Positions 37,105-48,074 of a DNA stretch of 64,000 bases are shown one piece after another (within the stretch, counting starts at the first letter, position 1; each line of letters opens with the position of its first letter). The position numbers and the translations under genes are program-made. The stretch is from an uncultured Spirochaetota bacterium (lineage in GTDB: Bacteria > Spirochaetota > Spirochaetia > SZUA-6 > Fen-1364), in the NCBI GenBank assembly GCA_963781885.1, contig CAWAHW010000007.1:64001-128000 (forward strand), read 5' to 3'. The notes beneath the pieces are model-generated. The model searched no databases and was not told where the DNA came from. It worked only from the letters and a program-made list of their open reading frames with translations.

Positions 37105-37900
37105 TGGGGGGAATCGAACGTGCCAGGGCCGCCGCCCTCATTCTCGGCCTGCTGGCGCTCGCAGCGGCGCCCGCGGCGCAGGCACAGACAGCCTCCCCGG
37201 TGCTGGTTCCTGACGGGCTTGCGCTTGCCGGCGACCTTTTCCTTGCGGGATTCAGCCAGGCTCTTCCCACGGCCGTGCATCCGGACGTCGTGAATCCGAT
37301 GGATGTCAACGGATTCGACCGGTTGCTCTTTTTCCTTATTCGAAGGGATTCGACGTGGCCAGTGACGTCACCGAATACACGACACTCGCCATTCCGTTCG
37401 TGTTCGCTTTTCTCCTGAGCCTCGACCAGGCATCGACGGTCGGCTTCATCTACGCGGAGGCGCTGTCACTTGCACTCTTTGCAAAAAACGCCGGCAAGTT
37501 CCTCGTTCCGCGGGCGAGGCCGTGGGTCTATTTCGCCGCCGACACGGGCCGGATGCCCACGGCGGCGGATGAGCTCGGCGGCGACGATTCATTCCCGTCG
37601 GGTCATGCCTCGATGTCGTTCGCGGCGGCGGCGTTCAGCGTGTCGGTCTTTTCCCTCTATTTCCCGGGCTCTCCGTGGACCGTTCCGTTTGCGCTCCTGA
37701 ACTACGGCCTGGCCGGCGTCACATCGGCGCTCCGGGTTTTCGCGGGCATGCATTTCATGACCGACGTCATCGCGGGGGCAATACTGGGAACCGTCATCGG
37801 CAACGCAATTGTCCTCACGCGGCAGACGACGACCGGGGCAACGGGCAAGTCGCTGGAGCCGTTCCGCCTGGAGGTCCCCGTTCTCAGCTTCGCGCTCTGA
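37104..37900 (+). CDS. PAP2 family phosphatase (frameshift in T-run near 37330)
   Basis: KFLVPRARP, SFPSGH, RVFAGMHFMTD. Confidence 0.82.
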
Positions 37901-37912
37901 TTTCCTGCCCGC

Positions 37913-38940
37913 CTATGGCACGATCACCGTGCGGATGCCGGGGTCGTTCCGTTCCAGGCCGTCGATGGCCGCGTTGATCGCGGCGGCGTCCAGCGGGATG
38001 GTGCGGGTGACGACCCGCGTCGTGTCCAGGATGCCGCGCCGGGCAAGCTCGATCACCGTGGGAAGCTCCGCGAGCAGGTGATCGTTGGAGCCGACAAGCT
38101 CTGCCTCACCGCCCAGTATCTCGTGGTAGGTGTCGAGGACCAGCGGCTCGTTGCCGATGCCCACGATCACGGCCCGGCCCAACGGTGAGAGGCAGCGGAC
38201 CGCCTGCTGCATCGTCCTTGCGCGGCCGAGCATCTCCACCGCCACGTCCACGCCGCGACCGCCCGTGCGCTGCCGGATTTCCTCCACCGGGTCACGTGAG
38301 CCGGCATCGATCGGTATCGCGCCGTAGCCGGCCGCGAGATGCAGGCTTTCCTGCCTGATGTCCACGGCAAACACGTCCAGGGCTCCGAAGTACCGCGCGA
38401 GCTGCACGGCGGACATGCCGAGGCCGCCCACGCCGATGATCGCCGCCGTTTCGCCCGCGGCAAGACGGGACTTGCAGAGCGCGTGGTAGGCGGTTGCGGA
38501 CGCGCACATGAGAGTTGCACCCTGCTCGAAGGGAATATTCTCCGGCAGGCGCAAGGCGTTGCGCGCGGGAACGGCGATCAGCTCCGCAAATCCGCCGTCG
38601 GCATGGTGCCCGATCATGAGACCCGTAGGACAGAACTGCTCGTTGCCTGACGCGCACGACGGGCAGGAACCGCAGGTGATGTTGTAATGCAGGCAGACCC
38701 GGTCCCCGGCGTCAGCCCCCTGACGGCGTCGCCCACCTGTTCGACGATGCCGGCCACCTCGTGGCCCAGCGTCAAGGGCAGGGGCCTCACCGGCGAGGTG
38801 CCCGCGCGATAGTGGGCGTCCGAATGGCAGATCCCTGCCGCCCGTACGCGCACCAGGACGTCACCCGGCGCGACGCGCGGGCTCGGCACTTCCCTCATCT
38901 CAAGCGGCGCGCCAACGCGCACCAGGCGTATCGCTTTCAT
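37913..38940 (-). CDS. Zn-dependent alcohol dehydrogenase family (two frameshifts, near 38700 and 38620)
   Basis: GICHSD, LGHE, structural Zn cysteines, GVGGLG. Confidence 0.85.
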
Positions 38941-38947
38941 GCCCCGC

Positions 38948-39607
38948 CTAAAGCCTTCGCACCCTGCCGGAGCCGCTGATATGCGTGTCCACGCGCGGCT
39001 CCCCGGCATAGGAGACGCGTCCCGAGCCGCTTATGCCGACGTCGAGGCTCTCCGTCGCGTGCACGGAGATGTCCCCGCTCCCGCTGATGCGCGTCGCGGC
39101 GCGCCTGCATTCCAGGCCTTCCGCCCGGATCCGGCCCGATCCCGAGATGCGCGCCTCGAATGCCTGCGCGGCGCCCGAACAGGTGATGTTTCCCGATCCC
39201 GAGATGCGCGTCTCCACCGTGCCCTCATCCAGCCCGCCCACGACGATCCTGCCCGAGCCGCTGATGCGCATGCGGCACGCGCTTCCCCGCAGCCCGTTGC
39301 AGGAAATGGCACCCGAGCCCTGCAGCGCCATTTCCTCGAGGTTGCGCACCTTGAGGTGGTAGCGGACGCGGTGGTCTGCAAGGAATATCCAGCTGAACCA
39401 CCACGTGATCCATTCGTACCACGGCATGCCCAGGCCGAGCACGAGCCTGCGGCCGATCACCTCCGATGAGATGCGCGGCATGAGGCTTTCATCCGCCTCG
39501 ATTGTCACTTCCTCCGTTGCCTCCGGTGCCTGCTCGATGATGAGCTCCCCGTGACCCCTCAAGGCGACCTCGGAAAACGTCCCCAGTCGGCGCGTTTCTG
39601 TCGTCAT
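38948..39607 (-). CDS. Head GIN domain (DUF2807) protein
   Basis: Repeated ISGSG beta-helix motifs. Confidence 0.85.
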   Translation of the reverse strand: MTTETRRLGTFSEVALRGHGELIIEQAPEATEEVTIEADESLMPRISSEVIGRRLVLGLGMPWYEWITWWFSWIFLADHRVRYHLKVRNLEEMALQGSGAISCNGLRGSACRMRISGSGRIVVGGLDEGTVETRISGSGNITCSGAAQAFEARISGSGRIRAEGLECRRAATRISGSGDISVHATESLDVGISGSGRVSYAGEPRVDTHISGSGRVRRL

Positions 39608-39706
39608 TTCACTTCCTCCCTTGCACCAATTAAATCCCGCACAGGCCCGGTCGTGTCACTTCGGGATTTCCGCGCGAAGCGTGTGCAGGTGTTCGGCGCG
39701 AGCGCC

Positions 39707-41101
39707 CTATTCCGCCAGGGAGCCCATGGGATCCCACGCGGGCAGGACGATGGGCGGCTGGTCAAGCGCGGCGCGCAGCTTCGCGGGGAGGGCGCTCTTG
39801 CGCACCGCGATCTCGAACATATGCTGGTCGAACCAGGAATCGTTCATGACGTAGAAGCCCTTGCCCTCTCCCTTGTCACCCCAGCTGTTTTCCACGCGCC
39901 ACTTCTTCGGCTTCCCGCCCTCTTCATCCACGCCGGTGAAAAGCATCGCATGATTCATGCTCGTTCGCTTGTACAGGAGCCGGTCTTCCTTTGACGCAAG
40001 CTCCAGCGGCGCCCCGTAGAGCGTCTCGAAGTCGAACATCCGGGCGTCCCATACCGAGAGGTCCCGGTGCAGCATCTTGCTGCAGTCGCACCCGAACCAG
40101 ACCGCTTCGCCGCCCTTGAGGGCCTTCATGGCGAGGTCCTTCATGGTGGCGATGTCGACGTTCAGGTACGTGACGATCCCGCCCTCGACGACGTTTCCCA
40201 GGTATTCGACGGTGTATGTCCGGCCCTGCGGGCTCGTTGTGCGCGGATCGTGCACGAGTGCGACATAGTTGCGCAGCGGAAGGGTCACGTACTTCTTCGT
40301 GAATGATAGCGGCGTGAGCCCCTTTTCCCGGTGGAACTTCTTCTTGTCGTCCGTCCATTGCCAGTCGAACCGCGTCGGCGGGTTGCCCATGTGGAGCCGG
40401 AGGATGGTGTGGACGTCGCCCATGATCTTCTGCTTCGCCGCGCGCAGCTCCTCCACCGGCCTGCCCGCCGCGTGGAGGGTGCGCAGGTCGTAGGCGCCGA
40501 CGCGCAGTCGTCCGACGAGCGCGTGGTTCATGCTCCCCGTCGCGGAGGAGCTCAGGGTCTCTGGCATCGCGGTCTTCGGCACAAGCCCGTATTTCAGCGC
40601 GATGTTGACGAACATGTTCCACTGGCCGCCGTCGGCGACGCAGTTCTCCATGATGGTGACCACGGTGCGGTCGTCGATGTCTTTCTCCGCGGTGGCAATG
40701 ATCGCCTCCAGGAAATAGTTGGCCTTCTCCAGCTTGTCCCAGAACATGAGCCAGCTCTGGCTGAACTCGAAGGTCTTCAGCTTCAGCTTCTTCATGACGC
40801 CGACGCGCAGGAGATTGGTCGCGGCGAAAAGCCAGCAGCGTCCCGAGCTCTTCTGGTCCGTCGGCCCCCAGTCGTCCAGGCGCGTGGAGAAGTTGCGGTC
40901 GACCGTCAGGGCGACGCGCTGGTTGAGACCGAGCTTGGCCGCGTCCGACTCGGCCATTGCGTTCTGTCGGATCGTGTTGAGGGGGTCGGCGTCGAAGCTT
41001 TTGCCGCGCTCGTCGATGAAAGCGCGCGTGACGGAGATTTTTTCATCCGCCGGCGTCGACAGTGCCGGCGCGCGTCGTGGGGAACGTGTTGTCTGTGCCA
41101 T
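39707..41101 (-). CDS. pepC: Aminopeptidase C / bleomycin hydrolase (peptidase C1B)
   Basis: QKSSGRCWLF, NHAM, VENSWG, C-terminal WDPMGSLA. Confidence 0.93.
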   Translation of the reverse strand: MAQTTRSPRRAPALSTPADEKISVTRAFIDERGKSFDADPLNTIRQNAMAESDAAKLGLNQRVALTVDRNFSTRLDDWGPTDQKSSGRCWLFAATNLLRVGVMKKLKLKTFEFSQSWLMFWDKLEKANYFLEAIIATAEKDIDDRTVVTIMENCVADGGQWNMFVNIALKYGLVPKTAMPETLSSSATGSMNHALVGRLRVGAYDLRTLHAAGRPVEELRAAKQKIMGDVHTILRLHMGNPPTRFDWQWTDDKKKFHREKGLTPLSFTKKYVTLPLRNYVALVHDPRTTSPQGRTYTVEYLGNVVEGGIVTYLNVDIATMKDLAMKALKGGEAVWFGCDCSKMLHRDLSVWDARMFDFETLYGAPLELASKEDRLLYKRTSMNHAMLFTGVDEEGGKPKKWRVENSWGDKGEGKGFYVMNDSWFDQHMFEIAVRKSALPAKLRAALDQPPIVLPAWDPMGSLAE

Positions 41102-41119
41102 GTGTGGAGTGCCTCCGTC

Positions 41120-41196
41120 GCGGCCACGGTATGCCGTGGCATTCTGGGCGGCCACGGTATGCCGTGGCATTCTGGGCGGCCACGGTATGCCGTGGC
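41120..41196. repeat. Tandem 28-bp palindromic repeat (2.75 copies)
   Basis: GCGGCCACGGTATGCCGTGGCATTCTGG twice plus a 21-nt partial; internal GCCACGG-N4-CCGTGGC hairpin. Confidence 0.9.
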
Positions 41197-41259
41197 CGTG
41201 GTGGCGGCAATTGTAGGTGCCGCTGGCCCGACGGTCAAGGCAAGAGAGAGGGGGGGCGG

Positions 41260-43248
41260 TCAGCGCGCGGGTTTGAAGACGTCGCGCAGCTTCTTTTCCA
41301 GCATCGCAAGCTGGTACGGCTTCTGGAGGAAACCCGCCAGTCCCTTGCCGACGAAGCGCTGCACCGCCTCCTGCTCGTTGTAGCCGCTGGAGAGGAGCAC
41401 GGGGACATGTGCATCGATGCGCCGGATTTCGCGGAAGGCTTCTTCACCGTCCATCTCGGGCATCGTGAGATCCATGAGGACGCACGTCACCTCGCCCCTG
41501 TGCGCCGTGAAAAGATCGATCGCATGCCGGCCATTGGTGGCCAGGAGCACGGTGAAGCCGAGGCGCTCGAGCATCTGCCTGCCGACGTTGCGCACGCTCT
41601 CCTCGTCATCGGCGAGCAGGATCAGGCCGCTTCCCTGCCATTTGCCGCCGCGCAGCGGCGTCTCCGCGGGAGTCACGGGCCCGCTGCCGGCCGGGAAGAG
41701 CACCTTGAAGGTGCTCCCCTTGCCTTCCTCGCTGTAGACCTTGATGCCGCCCTTGTGTCCCCGCACGATGCCGAGCACCGCCGCCAGGCCCAAACCGCGC
41801 CCGGCAAACTTCGTCGTGAAGAAAGGCTCGAATATGCGTTTCTGCGTCTCGGCGTCCATTCCCTTTCCCGTGTCGGCGACCTCCAGGTAGACGTAACGCC
41901 CTTCGGCAAGGCCCTCTTCGAGGCTGAGGCCGCGCAGGTAGGCGCGGTCGCAGGTGACGGTCCCCGTGGAAAGGGAGATGACACCCGTGGATTCCTGCAG
42001 CGCCTCGGAGGCGTTGATGACGAGGTTCATGATGATCTGCCGGAGCTGCGTCGCGTCGGCCTCCACCGGGGGCATGCCGGGGCTGAAGCTGAAGCGGAGC
42101 GCGGCCTTCTTGGACACGGAGACCTGCAGCATCTCTTCCATTTCACGGACCACGTCGTTGATGTCCAGCGACGCGATCACGAATCGCCCCTTGCCCGAAT
42201 AGGCGAGCATCTGCCGGCAGAGGTCCGCGGCGCGGCGGGCCGCTTTTTCTATCTCCGTGATGTTCTCACGCGCCGGCGACGACGGCGGAAGGACGCCCTG
42301 CGCCAGGTCGGCGTGGCCCAGCACCGCCATGAGGATGTTGTTGAAATCGTGCGCGATGCCGCCGGCCAGGACGCCGAGGCTCTCCAGCTTCTGGGTCTGC
42401 AGCATACGCGCTTCCAGGGCCTCGCGCTCCGCCTCCGCCCGTCGGCGTTCGGTGATGTCCAGGACGGTGAAGGTCACGCCGGCGGCGCGATTGTCCGGCG
42501 AGAGCGGCGCCGTCCCCATGAAGATGTCGATGAACGAGCCGTCCTTCCGGAGCCACCGCGTTTCCGTGAAGCCGACCCCCTGCGCGTCCTCCGACTCACC
42601 CAACACCCGCCCGACCCGCTCGTACTCCTCCTCCGTGGCATAGAGCAGGCGCGTCGGCATGTCCCGCAGCTCTTCCCGCGCGTAACCGGTCATCGCGCTG
42701 AGGCGCTCGTTTGACTCCTTGATGACGCGGAAAACCGACATGCCGATGCCGACCGGCGCCGCGCGAAAAATTCCCGCCAGGAGGTGCTGCCTCTCCTCCA
42801 GCTCCTCGGTCTTTTTCTGCAGCGCTTCACGCGCCTGCAATCGTTCCGTGACGTCGCGGAAGAGGACGGTCGCCTGGCGCGGGGCGGACTGGAACGCGTG
42901 TATCTCCAGGCCACGCGAAATCCGACCGTCCTCGAAGAAGACCTGCTCGTCGTACACGCCGCCCTCCCGGGCGACGCGCGTGTAGGCCTGCGGAAGAGCG
43001 GTCACGGCGAGCATCGGGAAGGCCAGTTCGATGGTCTTCCCCCGCAGGGCGGCGTGGTCGATGGAGAATATGCGCGCCGCGGTTTCGTTCCCATCGACGA
43101 AGATCAGCTCCCCCTGCGGGGAAAGCTCGAAACGATGCACGCCGAAGTGCGCGCTGTGAATGAGGTCCTGCAGAGCCGCGCGTGTCAGCTCCAGCTCGCG
43201 CGCCATGCCCGTCGTCGATGTGTCGTTCTGCGGGGGATCCGTGCTCAT
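41260..43248 (-). CDS. Cytoplasmic PAS-PAS hybrid histidine kinase
   Basis: AGGIAHDFNN, GRGLGL, LMDLTMP. Confidence 0.9.
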   Translation of the reverse strand: MSTDPPQNDTSTTGMARELELTRAALQDLIHSAHFGVHRFELSPQGELIFVDGNETAARIFSIDHAALRGKTIELAFPMLAVTALPQAYTRVAREGGVYDEQVFFEDGRISRGLEIHAFQSAPRQATVLFRDVTERLQAREALQKKTEELEERQHLLAGIFRAAPVGIGMSVFRVIKESNERLSAMTGYAREELRDMPTRLLYATEEEYERVGRVLGESEDAQGVGFTETRWLRKDGSFIDIFMGTAPLSPDNRAAGVTFTVLDITERRRAEAEREALEARMLQTQKLESLGVLAGGIAHDFNNILMAVLGHADLAQGVLPPSSPARENITEIEKAARRAADLCRQMLAYSGKGRFVIASLDINDVVREMEEMLQVSVSKKAALRFSFSPGMPPVEADATQLRQIIMNLVINASEALQESTGVISLSTGTVTCDRAYLRGLSLEEGLAEGRYVYLEVADTGKGMDAETQKRIFEPFFTTKFAGRGLGLAAVLGIVRGHKGGIKVYSEEGKGSTFKVLFPAGSGPVTPAETPLRGGKWQGSGLILLADDEESVRNVGRQMLERLGFTVLLATNGRHAIDLFTAHRGEVTCVLMDLTMPEMDGEEAFREIRRIDAHVPVLLSSGYNEQEAVQRFVGKGLAGFLQKPYQLAMLEKKLRDVFKPAR

Positions 43249-43318
43249 GGGTGCTCCGGGCAAGGGCAATATTCAAGAAAAGCTATCACAGCAAGATAGA
43301 GAATGCAAGCGCGTGCCG

Positions 43319-44104
43319 TCACGCTGATGCGCCCGCGTACCGCCGCAGGCCGGCGCGCCAGAAAATCCGCGAGACGATGAAAAGCCCGATTGCCAGGCCG
43401 CCGGCCCCCAGCAGCGTCAGCCAGCCGAGCCTTCCCGCCAGGGCTTCCGCCGGGACCGTGACGGCGAAAGTCACGGGCACGAGGAAGGTGAGCGCGAAGC
43501 GCAGCCATCCCGGGTAGAGCCCCACGGGCCAGCGGCCGGCATCGTACATGCTCTGGAATATGACAAGGATGTTCTCCACCCGTACGAACCAGAAGGCGAG
43601 CGTCGCGAGGATCAGCCAGAAGCTGTAGACGATGACGCCCCCCGCGACGAGGGCGGCGACGAACTGCACGACGTGCATCGCGTCGATGCGGGACCCCATG
43701 CGTACGACGCCAACGGCGATGACCGCCAGACCGAGGGCCACGTCCGCGAGCTTCCAGATCTCCACGCGCTGGATGCTCGCGAGCACCTGGGCGTCCTCGG
43801 GCTTCGTGAGCGTGAAATCGAGCGTCCCGTCGCGGACCGATTCGATCAATTGCTGCATGCTCGGCTGGATCAGGAGCCGGATGCACCCGCCGGCCAGGAA
43901 GTAGACCCCCACGAGCGCCACCACCTCGTCGGGCTGCCACCCGCCCAGGGAAGCCGTATAAGAGAAGACGATGGCGAGGCCTGCCAGCGCGGTGCCCAGC
44001 TCGATGAGCGACTCCAGGAGCTGGAAGAAGAAGTTCGCCCGATACGCGAGCTCTCCCAGGACGCCGACGCGAAGGAATGTGGCAAGAAGGCGCAGGAATC
44101 TCAT
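43319..44104 (-). CDS. ABC-2 family permease
   Basis: YRANFF, GTLDFTLTKP. Confidence 0.85.
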   Translation of the reverse strand: MRFLRLLATFLRVGVLGELAYRANFFFQLLESLIELGTALAGLAIVFSYTASLGGWQPDEVVALVGVYFLAGGCIRLLIQPSMQQLIESVRDGTLDFTLTKPEDAQVLASIQRVEIWKLADVALGLAVIAVGVVRMGSRIDAMHVVQFVAALVAGGVIVYSFWLILATLAFWFVRVENILVIFQSMYDAGRWPVGLYPGWLRFALTFLVPVTFAVTVPAEALAGRLGWLTLLGAGGLAIGLFIVSRIFWRAGLRRYAGASA

Positions 44105-44904
44105 GCGCCCACCGCCCCGTAGGACCGCACACCCGCACGCCACACGAGGCGCAGGAGAAGGAGGCAGAGCCCCAGCCACGCCACCTGCGCGGCAAGGCCT
44201 TCGAGCGCCTGCGGGAAGCTGAGCCTGCCGAGGAGCAGCTCCACGGGGAAGCCGACCGTCCAGCGGAAAGGAAGGATCAGGCCCGCCGCCTGCACACCCC
44301 GGGGCAGGAGCGCGAGGGGAGCGATCTGGCCCGAGAGAAAAAGGGAGACGACGAAATAGATCTGGTTCACCGCGGAAACGCGCGTGGTCCAGAAGGCCGC
44401 CAGGGCGAGGGTCCATTCCATGAGGAATCGCACGAGAAACGCCAGGAACACGGCGGGCAGGAACGCCACGGTGCTCCATGCGCTGAAATGGAAGGCGGGC
44501 CGGAAACCGACGGCGATCACCGCGGCCGCGACGAGGATGAGGGGAAAGGTGAGCAGCTTGAAAGCGACGTTGTCGGCGATGTCGGAATGGATCGGGTGCA
44601 CGGGTCGCAGGAGGGCCATCGAAAGGGAGCCGTGGCGCACGCGGTATTCCAGCTCGAACATGATCCAGGTGAACGTGAGCTGGTTCACGATCATGAGCAC
44701 GATGTAGTACGCGGCAAAATCGGACGGCGTATAGCCGCCGGCCTGTCCTCCGCCGGATGCAGTGACGGCGGTCCAGACGGAAAGGGTGACCAATGGTCCC
44801 AGCACCTGGCCGATGAGCCAGATGACCAGCGCGGCGCGGTACTGGAGCTGGATGGCAATGGTGGTGCGGAACTGCTGCCGATAGAGCTCGACCATGCCGT
44901 TCAT
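44101..44904 (-). CDS. ABC-2 family permease
   Basis: QYRAAL, GSLSMALLRP, LSGQIAPL. Confidence 0.85.
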   Translation of the reverse strand: MNGMVELYRQQFRTTIAIQLQYRAALVIWLIGQVLGPLVTLSVWTAVTASGGGQAGGYTPSDFAAYYIVLMIVNQLTFTWIMFELEYRVRHGSLSMALLRPVHPIHSDIADNVAFKLLTFPLILVAAAVIAVGFRPAFHFSAWSTVAFLPAVFLAFLVRFLMEWTLALAAFWTTRVSAVNQIYFVVSLFLSGQIAPLALLPRGVQAAGLILPFRWTVGFPVELLLGRLSFPQALEGLAAQVAWLGLCLLLLRLVWRAGVRSYGAVGA

Positions 44905-45881
44905 GTCGTCGCCCCCTGCGCGAAGACGCTCACGATGGCATCCTCGATCGGCGGATCCTCGACCGTGAGGTCGATGACCGGCAGGTCGACGAGCAGTCTG
45001 CCCGTGACCCGGGCCGTCTCCTCCTTGGCGACGCGCAGCGTCGCCACCCCATCGACGCACGACACGAGCTCTCCATAGCGGGAGAGATCGGCGTCGCAGT
45101 CCCCCAGGTGCACGACGATGGTCTTGTGCGCGGTGAAGCGCCGGACCAGGGCGGCCAGCTCCCCGTCGAAGAGGAGCCTGCCCTCGTGGATGACGATCAC
45201 CCGCCGGCAGAGCGCTTCCACGTCCGCCATGTAGTGGCTCGTGAGGAGCACGGTGGCGCCGCTCCTCCTGTTGTAGTCGGCGATGAATGCCCTGATGCGC
45301 CGCTGCATGGTCACGTCCAGGCCGATGGTCGGCTCGTCGAGAAACACCATGCGCGGGCGGTGGAGAAGGGCAAGGGCGATCTCGCACTTCATGCGCTCGC
45401 CCAGCGACAGGTTGCGGACCGGCTTTTTCAGGAGCGGCTCCAGGTCCAGGAGGGCGACAAGCTCGTCGAACGACGCGCGGTAGTCGGCGGCGGGGATGCG
45501 GTAAATGGCGCGGTTCAGCTCGAAGGAATCGGCCGCGGGGATGTCCCAGTTGAGCTGATTGCGCTGGCCCATGACGAGCGTGATCTGCCGCAGGAACGCT
45601 TTTTCCCGGCGCGCGGGAACGTGCCCGAGCACCGCCGCCTCTCCCGCGCTTGGGTGCAGGAGCCCGGCGAGCATCTTCAGCGTCGTGGTCTTGCCCGCGC
45701 CGTTCGGCCCCAGGAAGCCGACGATCTCGCCGGGCGAAAGGTCGAAGGAGATGCCTTCCACGGCGTGCACCTGGCGGGTGCGTCGATGGAGAAGGCTCGC
45801 AAAGGCGGCGCGCGCGCCCGCTTCGCGCTCGGGCACCACGTAGGTCTTTCGCAGATCGCGGACGTGCACGGCGGCTGGCAT
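44901..45881 (-). CDS. ABC transporter ATP-binding protein
   Basis: GPNGAGKTT, LSLGERMK, LDEPT. Confidence 0.9.
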   Translation of the reverse strand: MPAAVHVRDLRKTYVVPEREAGARAAFASLLHRRTRQVHAVEGISFDLSPGEIVGFLGPNGAGKTTTLKMLAGLLHPSAGEAAVLGHVPARREKAFLRQITLVMGQRNQLNWDIPAADSFELNRAIYRIPAADYRASFDELVALLDLEPLLKKPVRNLSLGERMKCEIALALLHRPRMVFLDEPTIGLDVTMQRRIRAFIADYNRRSGATVLLTSHYMADVEALCRRVIVIHEGRLLFDGELAALVRRFTAHKTIVVHLGDCDADLSRYGELVSCVDGVATLRVAKEETARVTGRLLVDLPVIDLTVEDPPIEDAIVSVFAQGATT

Positions 45882-46002
45882 GTCCTCAATATACGAACCG
45901 CGCGCTTCCCGGCGCAAGCGGACGGGCAGCCGCACGCGCTTTCTTGACAGCGCGCAAGACAGTCCGCTATGGTCTGGGTGCAGGCAACCCAAGGAGAATC
46001 TC

Positions 46003-46635
46003 ATGGAGCGTGACGAATCGGGGGCCTACTGGGCCCTGTTTGGCTTGACAATCGCCTTCAGCATTCTTGCCGTCGTGACGATGATCCCCAACCCGTCAGC
46101 CCCGAAGCCCAACGTGCTGGGCTACCGGTCCGTGTGCAGCTTCGCCCCGGCGGCGAGCGCACTCTGCGGGCTCCTTGCCGGCATCACGTGCACGATCCGC
46201 AACCGCTGGGCGTCGCGCCACGCGGCGGCCCGGCGTTTTCAGCCCCCGATCCTTCCCGTTGCCGTCGGCATCCTCCTCCTCACGCTTGCGGCGGTCTTCG
46301 GCATCCGGTTCGGCATCGCGCAGGCGCGCTTCGGCGACGTGATTGCACGCACGGGACAGGCGTCGGCTACCCTGGCAGGGCTTGCCGACGGGAAGGGAAG
46401 CGCCACGGTCGCGGAAGGCGACGTGGCGGCGACCGTGGAGCTCTCCATCAAGGGTGGGACAATTGAAAGCCTGCGCCTCGCGGCGGGCCGGAACGTCAGC
46501 GCCGCGCTTGCCGATGAGATATTCGCCCGCGTGAAGAAGGCGGGCTCCGTGCAGGTTGACGCGGTGAGCGGCGCCACGGCGTCGAGCGAGGTGCTGCTGA
46601 AAGCGATCGCTGCCGCGGCCGCTGTCGTGCGCTGA
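46003..46635 (+). CDS. Membrane protein with C-terminal FMN-binding (flavinylation) domain
   Basis: Three TM segments, VDAVSGAT motif. Confidence 0.75.
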   Translation: MERDESGAYWALFGLTIAFSILAVVTMIPNPSAPKPNVLGYRSVCSFAPAASALCGLLAGITCTIRNRWASRHAAARRFQPPILPVAVGILLLTLAAVFGIRFGIAQARFGDVIARTGQASATLAGLADGKGSATVAEGDVAATVELSIKGGTIESLRLAAGRNVSAALADEIFARVKKAGSVQVDAVSGATASSEVLLKAIAAAAAVVR

Positions 46636-46666
46636 AAGAGACTGCCGCCCGCCTGAACGGCCGGCG

Positions 46667-47119
46667 TTACTTCGGCAAGGTCCCGAATACCTTCGCGAAC
46701 CAGCGATGCATGCCGTGTATCGACGAGACCGGTTCGGCGAACATCATGACGCACCGGCCCCACACCGCGGTGAGCCCTTTTTCCTTGCAGGCGACGATGG
46801 CCGCGTCGCTCTGCGCCCCCTGCTGCAGCCAGACCCGGGTGATCCCCGCGGCCGCGGCGTCCCGGACGACCTTCTCGCTCTGCGCCGGCTGGGTCACGAC
46901 TAGCACCGCCCCCACCTTGCCAGGGATCGCGGCGAGGTTAGGGTAGCACTTCTCCCCGCCGATGTTTTCCGCATTCGGGTTCACGGGCACGATCCGGTAC
47001 CCCTTCGCGACGAGCTCCTTCTTGATATTCGCGCTGAACGCCTTTTCGTCCCGGGAAAGGCCCGCCATGGCGATTGTCTTCTGCGAGAGAAAGTCCTTGA
47101 TGTCTGCCAGAGTGTTCAT
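46667..47119 (-). CDS. CoA-binding protein
   Basis: GYRIVPVNP, VWLQQG. Confidence 0.87.
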   Translation of the reverse strand: MNTLADIKDFLSQKTIAMAGLSRDEKAFSANIKKELVAKGYRIVPVNPNAENIGGEKCYPNLAAIPGKVGAVLVVTQPAQSEKVVRDAAAAGITRVWLQQGAQSDAAIVACKEKGLTAVWGRCVMMFAEPVSSIHGMHRWFAKVFGTLPK

Positions 47120-47163
47120 GTCTGCTCCTGTCCTCCCATTAAACACCGCGCGGGGGAAAATCG

Positions 47164-48003
47164 CTACTGAGTCTTTGTCCCTGCGCGACCTGTCTTCAAG
47201 CGCTTTTCCAGCAGCCGCACGAGCATGGAAAGCGTGATGGTGAGGAAGAGGTAGAGGAAGGCGACGACATTGTAGGTCTCGAAGAACTTGAAGGTGCTCG
47301 CGGCGTAGACCTTTCCCATCTGCGTGACGTCCTGCACGCCCAGCGCGCTTACCAGGGCGGAGTCCTTGATCATGGCGACAAACTCGTTACCCAGGGGCGG
47401 AAGGACATTGCGCACCGCCTGGGGGAGCACGATGCGCACCATCACCTGGCGCTTCCGCAGTCCCAGCGCGTACGCGGCCTCCCACTGGCCGGCGTGTATC
47501 GATTCGATGCCCGCCCGGAAGATCTCCGAGATGAACGCTCCGTAGCCGAGCGTAAGGGCAATGATCGCCCGCCCGGAAAAGGGGATGCTGCGGATGCTGA
47601 GGGGAGCGATGATGCCGCGCGTCACGAGCGGGGAGAGCAGGAAGTTCACGGCTTCCACCATGCCCGGCGCGCCGATGAAGGCGATGTAGTACAGGATCAC
47701 GAGCATTGGGATCCCGCGCATGATTTCCACCCAGAACGTGGAGAGCTCGCGCACGACCCGGTGGCGCGACGTGCGGCAGAGCCCCAGTCCGAGGCCGATG
47801 ACCACGGAAAAGGAGAACGCCACCAGGGAGACCCACAGCGTCGTGACGAGGCCCCGGGCCGTCGCCTGGAAGATGATCCGGTTGTCCGCGCGGCTGGTGA
47901 TGCTCCACAGGACGAGGATGCCCAGCAGGATGATGCCGAGGAGCCAGAACGGGAGCTTCTTCAGCCGGTCGGCGATGGGGAGAAAGTGCTCACGGGAGGA
48001 CAT
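47164..48003 (-). CDS. Polar amino acid ABC transporter permease
   Basis: RGIPMLV, SEIFRAGI, GQWEAA, IKDSAL. Confidence 0.9.
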   Translation of the reverse strand: MSSREHFLPIADRLKKLPFWLLGIILLGILVLWSITSRADNRIIFQATARGLVTTLWVSLVAFSFSVVIGLGLGLCRTSRHRVVRELSTFWVEIMRGIPMLVILYYIAFIGAPGMVEAVNFLLSPLVTRGIIAPLSIRSIPFSGRAIIALTLGYGAFISEIFRAGIESIHAGQWEAAYALGLRKRQVMVRIVLPQAVRNVLPPLGNEFVAMIKDSALVSALGVQDVTQMGKVYAASTFKFFETYNVVAFLYLFLTITLSMLVRLLEKRLKTGRAGTKTQ

Positions 48004-48014
48004 TGCGCGTCACT

Positions 48015-48061
48015 GCCGCCGGGAGCGCGGGGCAGGGATGCCCCGCCCCGCGCCCGGCGGC
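48015..48061. other. GC-rich intergenic hairpin between the binding-protein and permease genes
   Basis: GCCGCCGGG...CCCGGCGGC stem; position typical of an mRNA-stabilising hairpin. Confidence 0.55.
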
Positions 48062-48074
48062 TGGTGCCGGAAGG

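Noticed and set aside
41120-41196. Tandem palindromic repeats as a mini CRISPR array
   Set aside because: Units are contiguous and identical, with no unique spacers, no GAAAC-like end and no adjacent cas genes.
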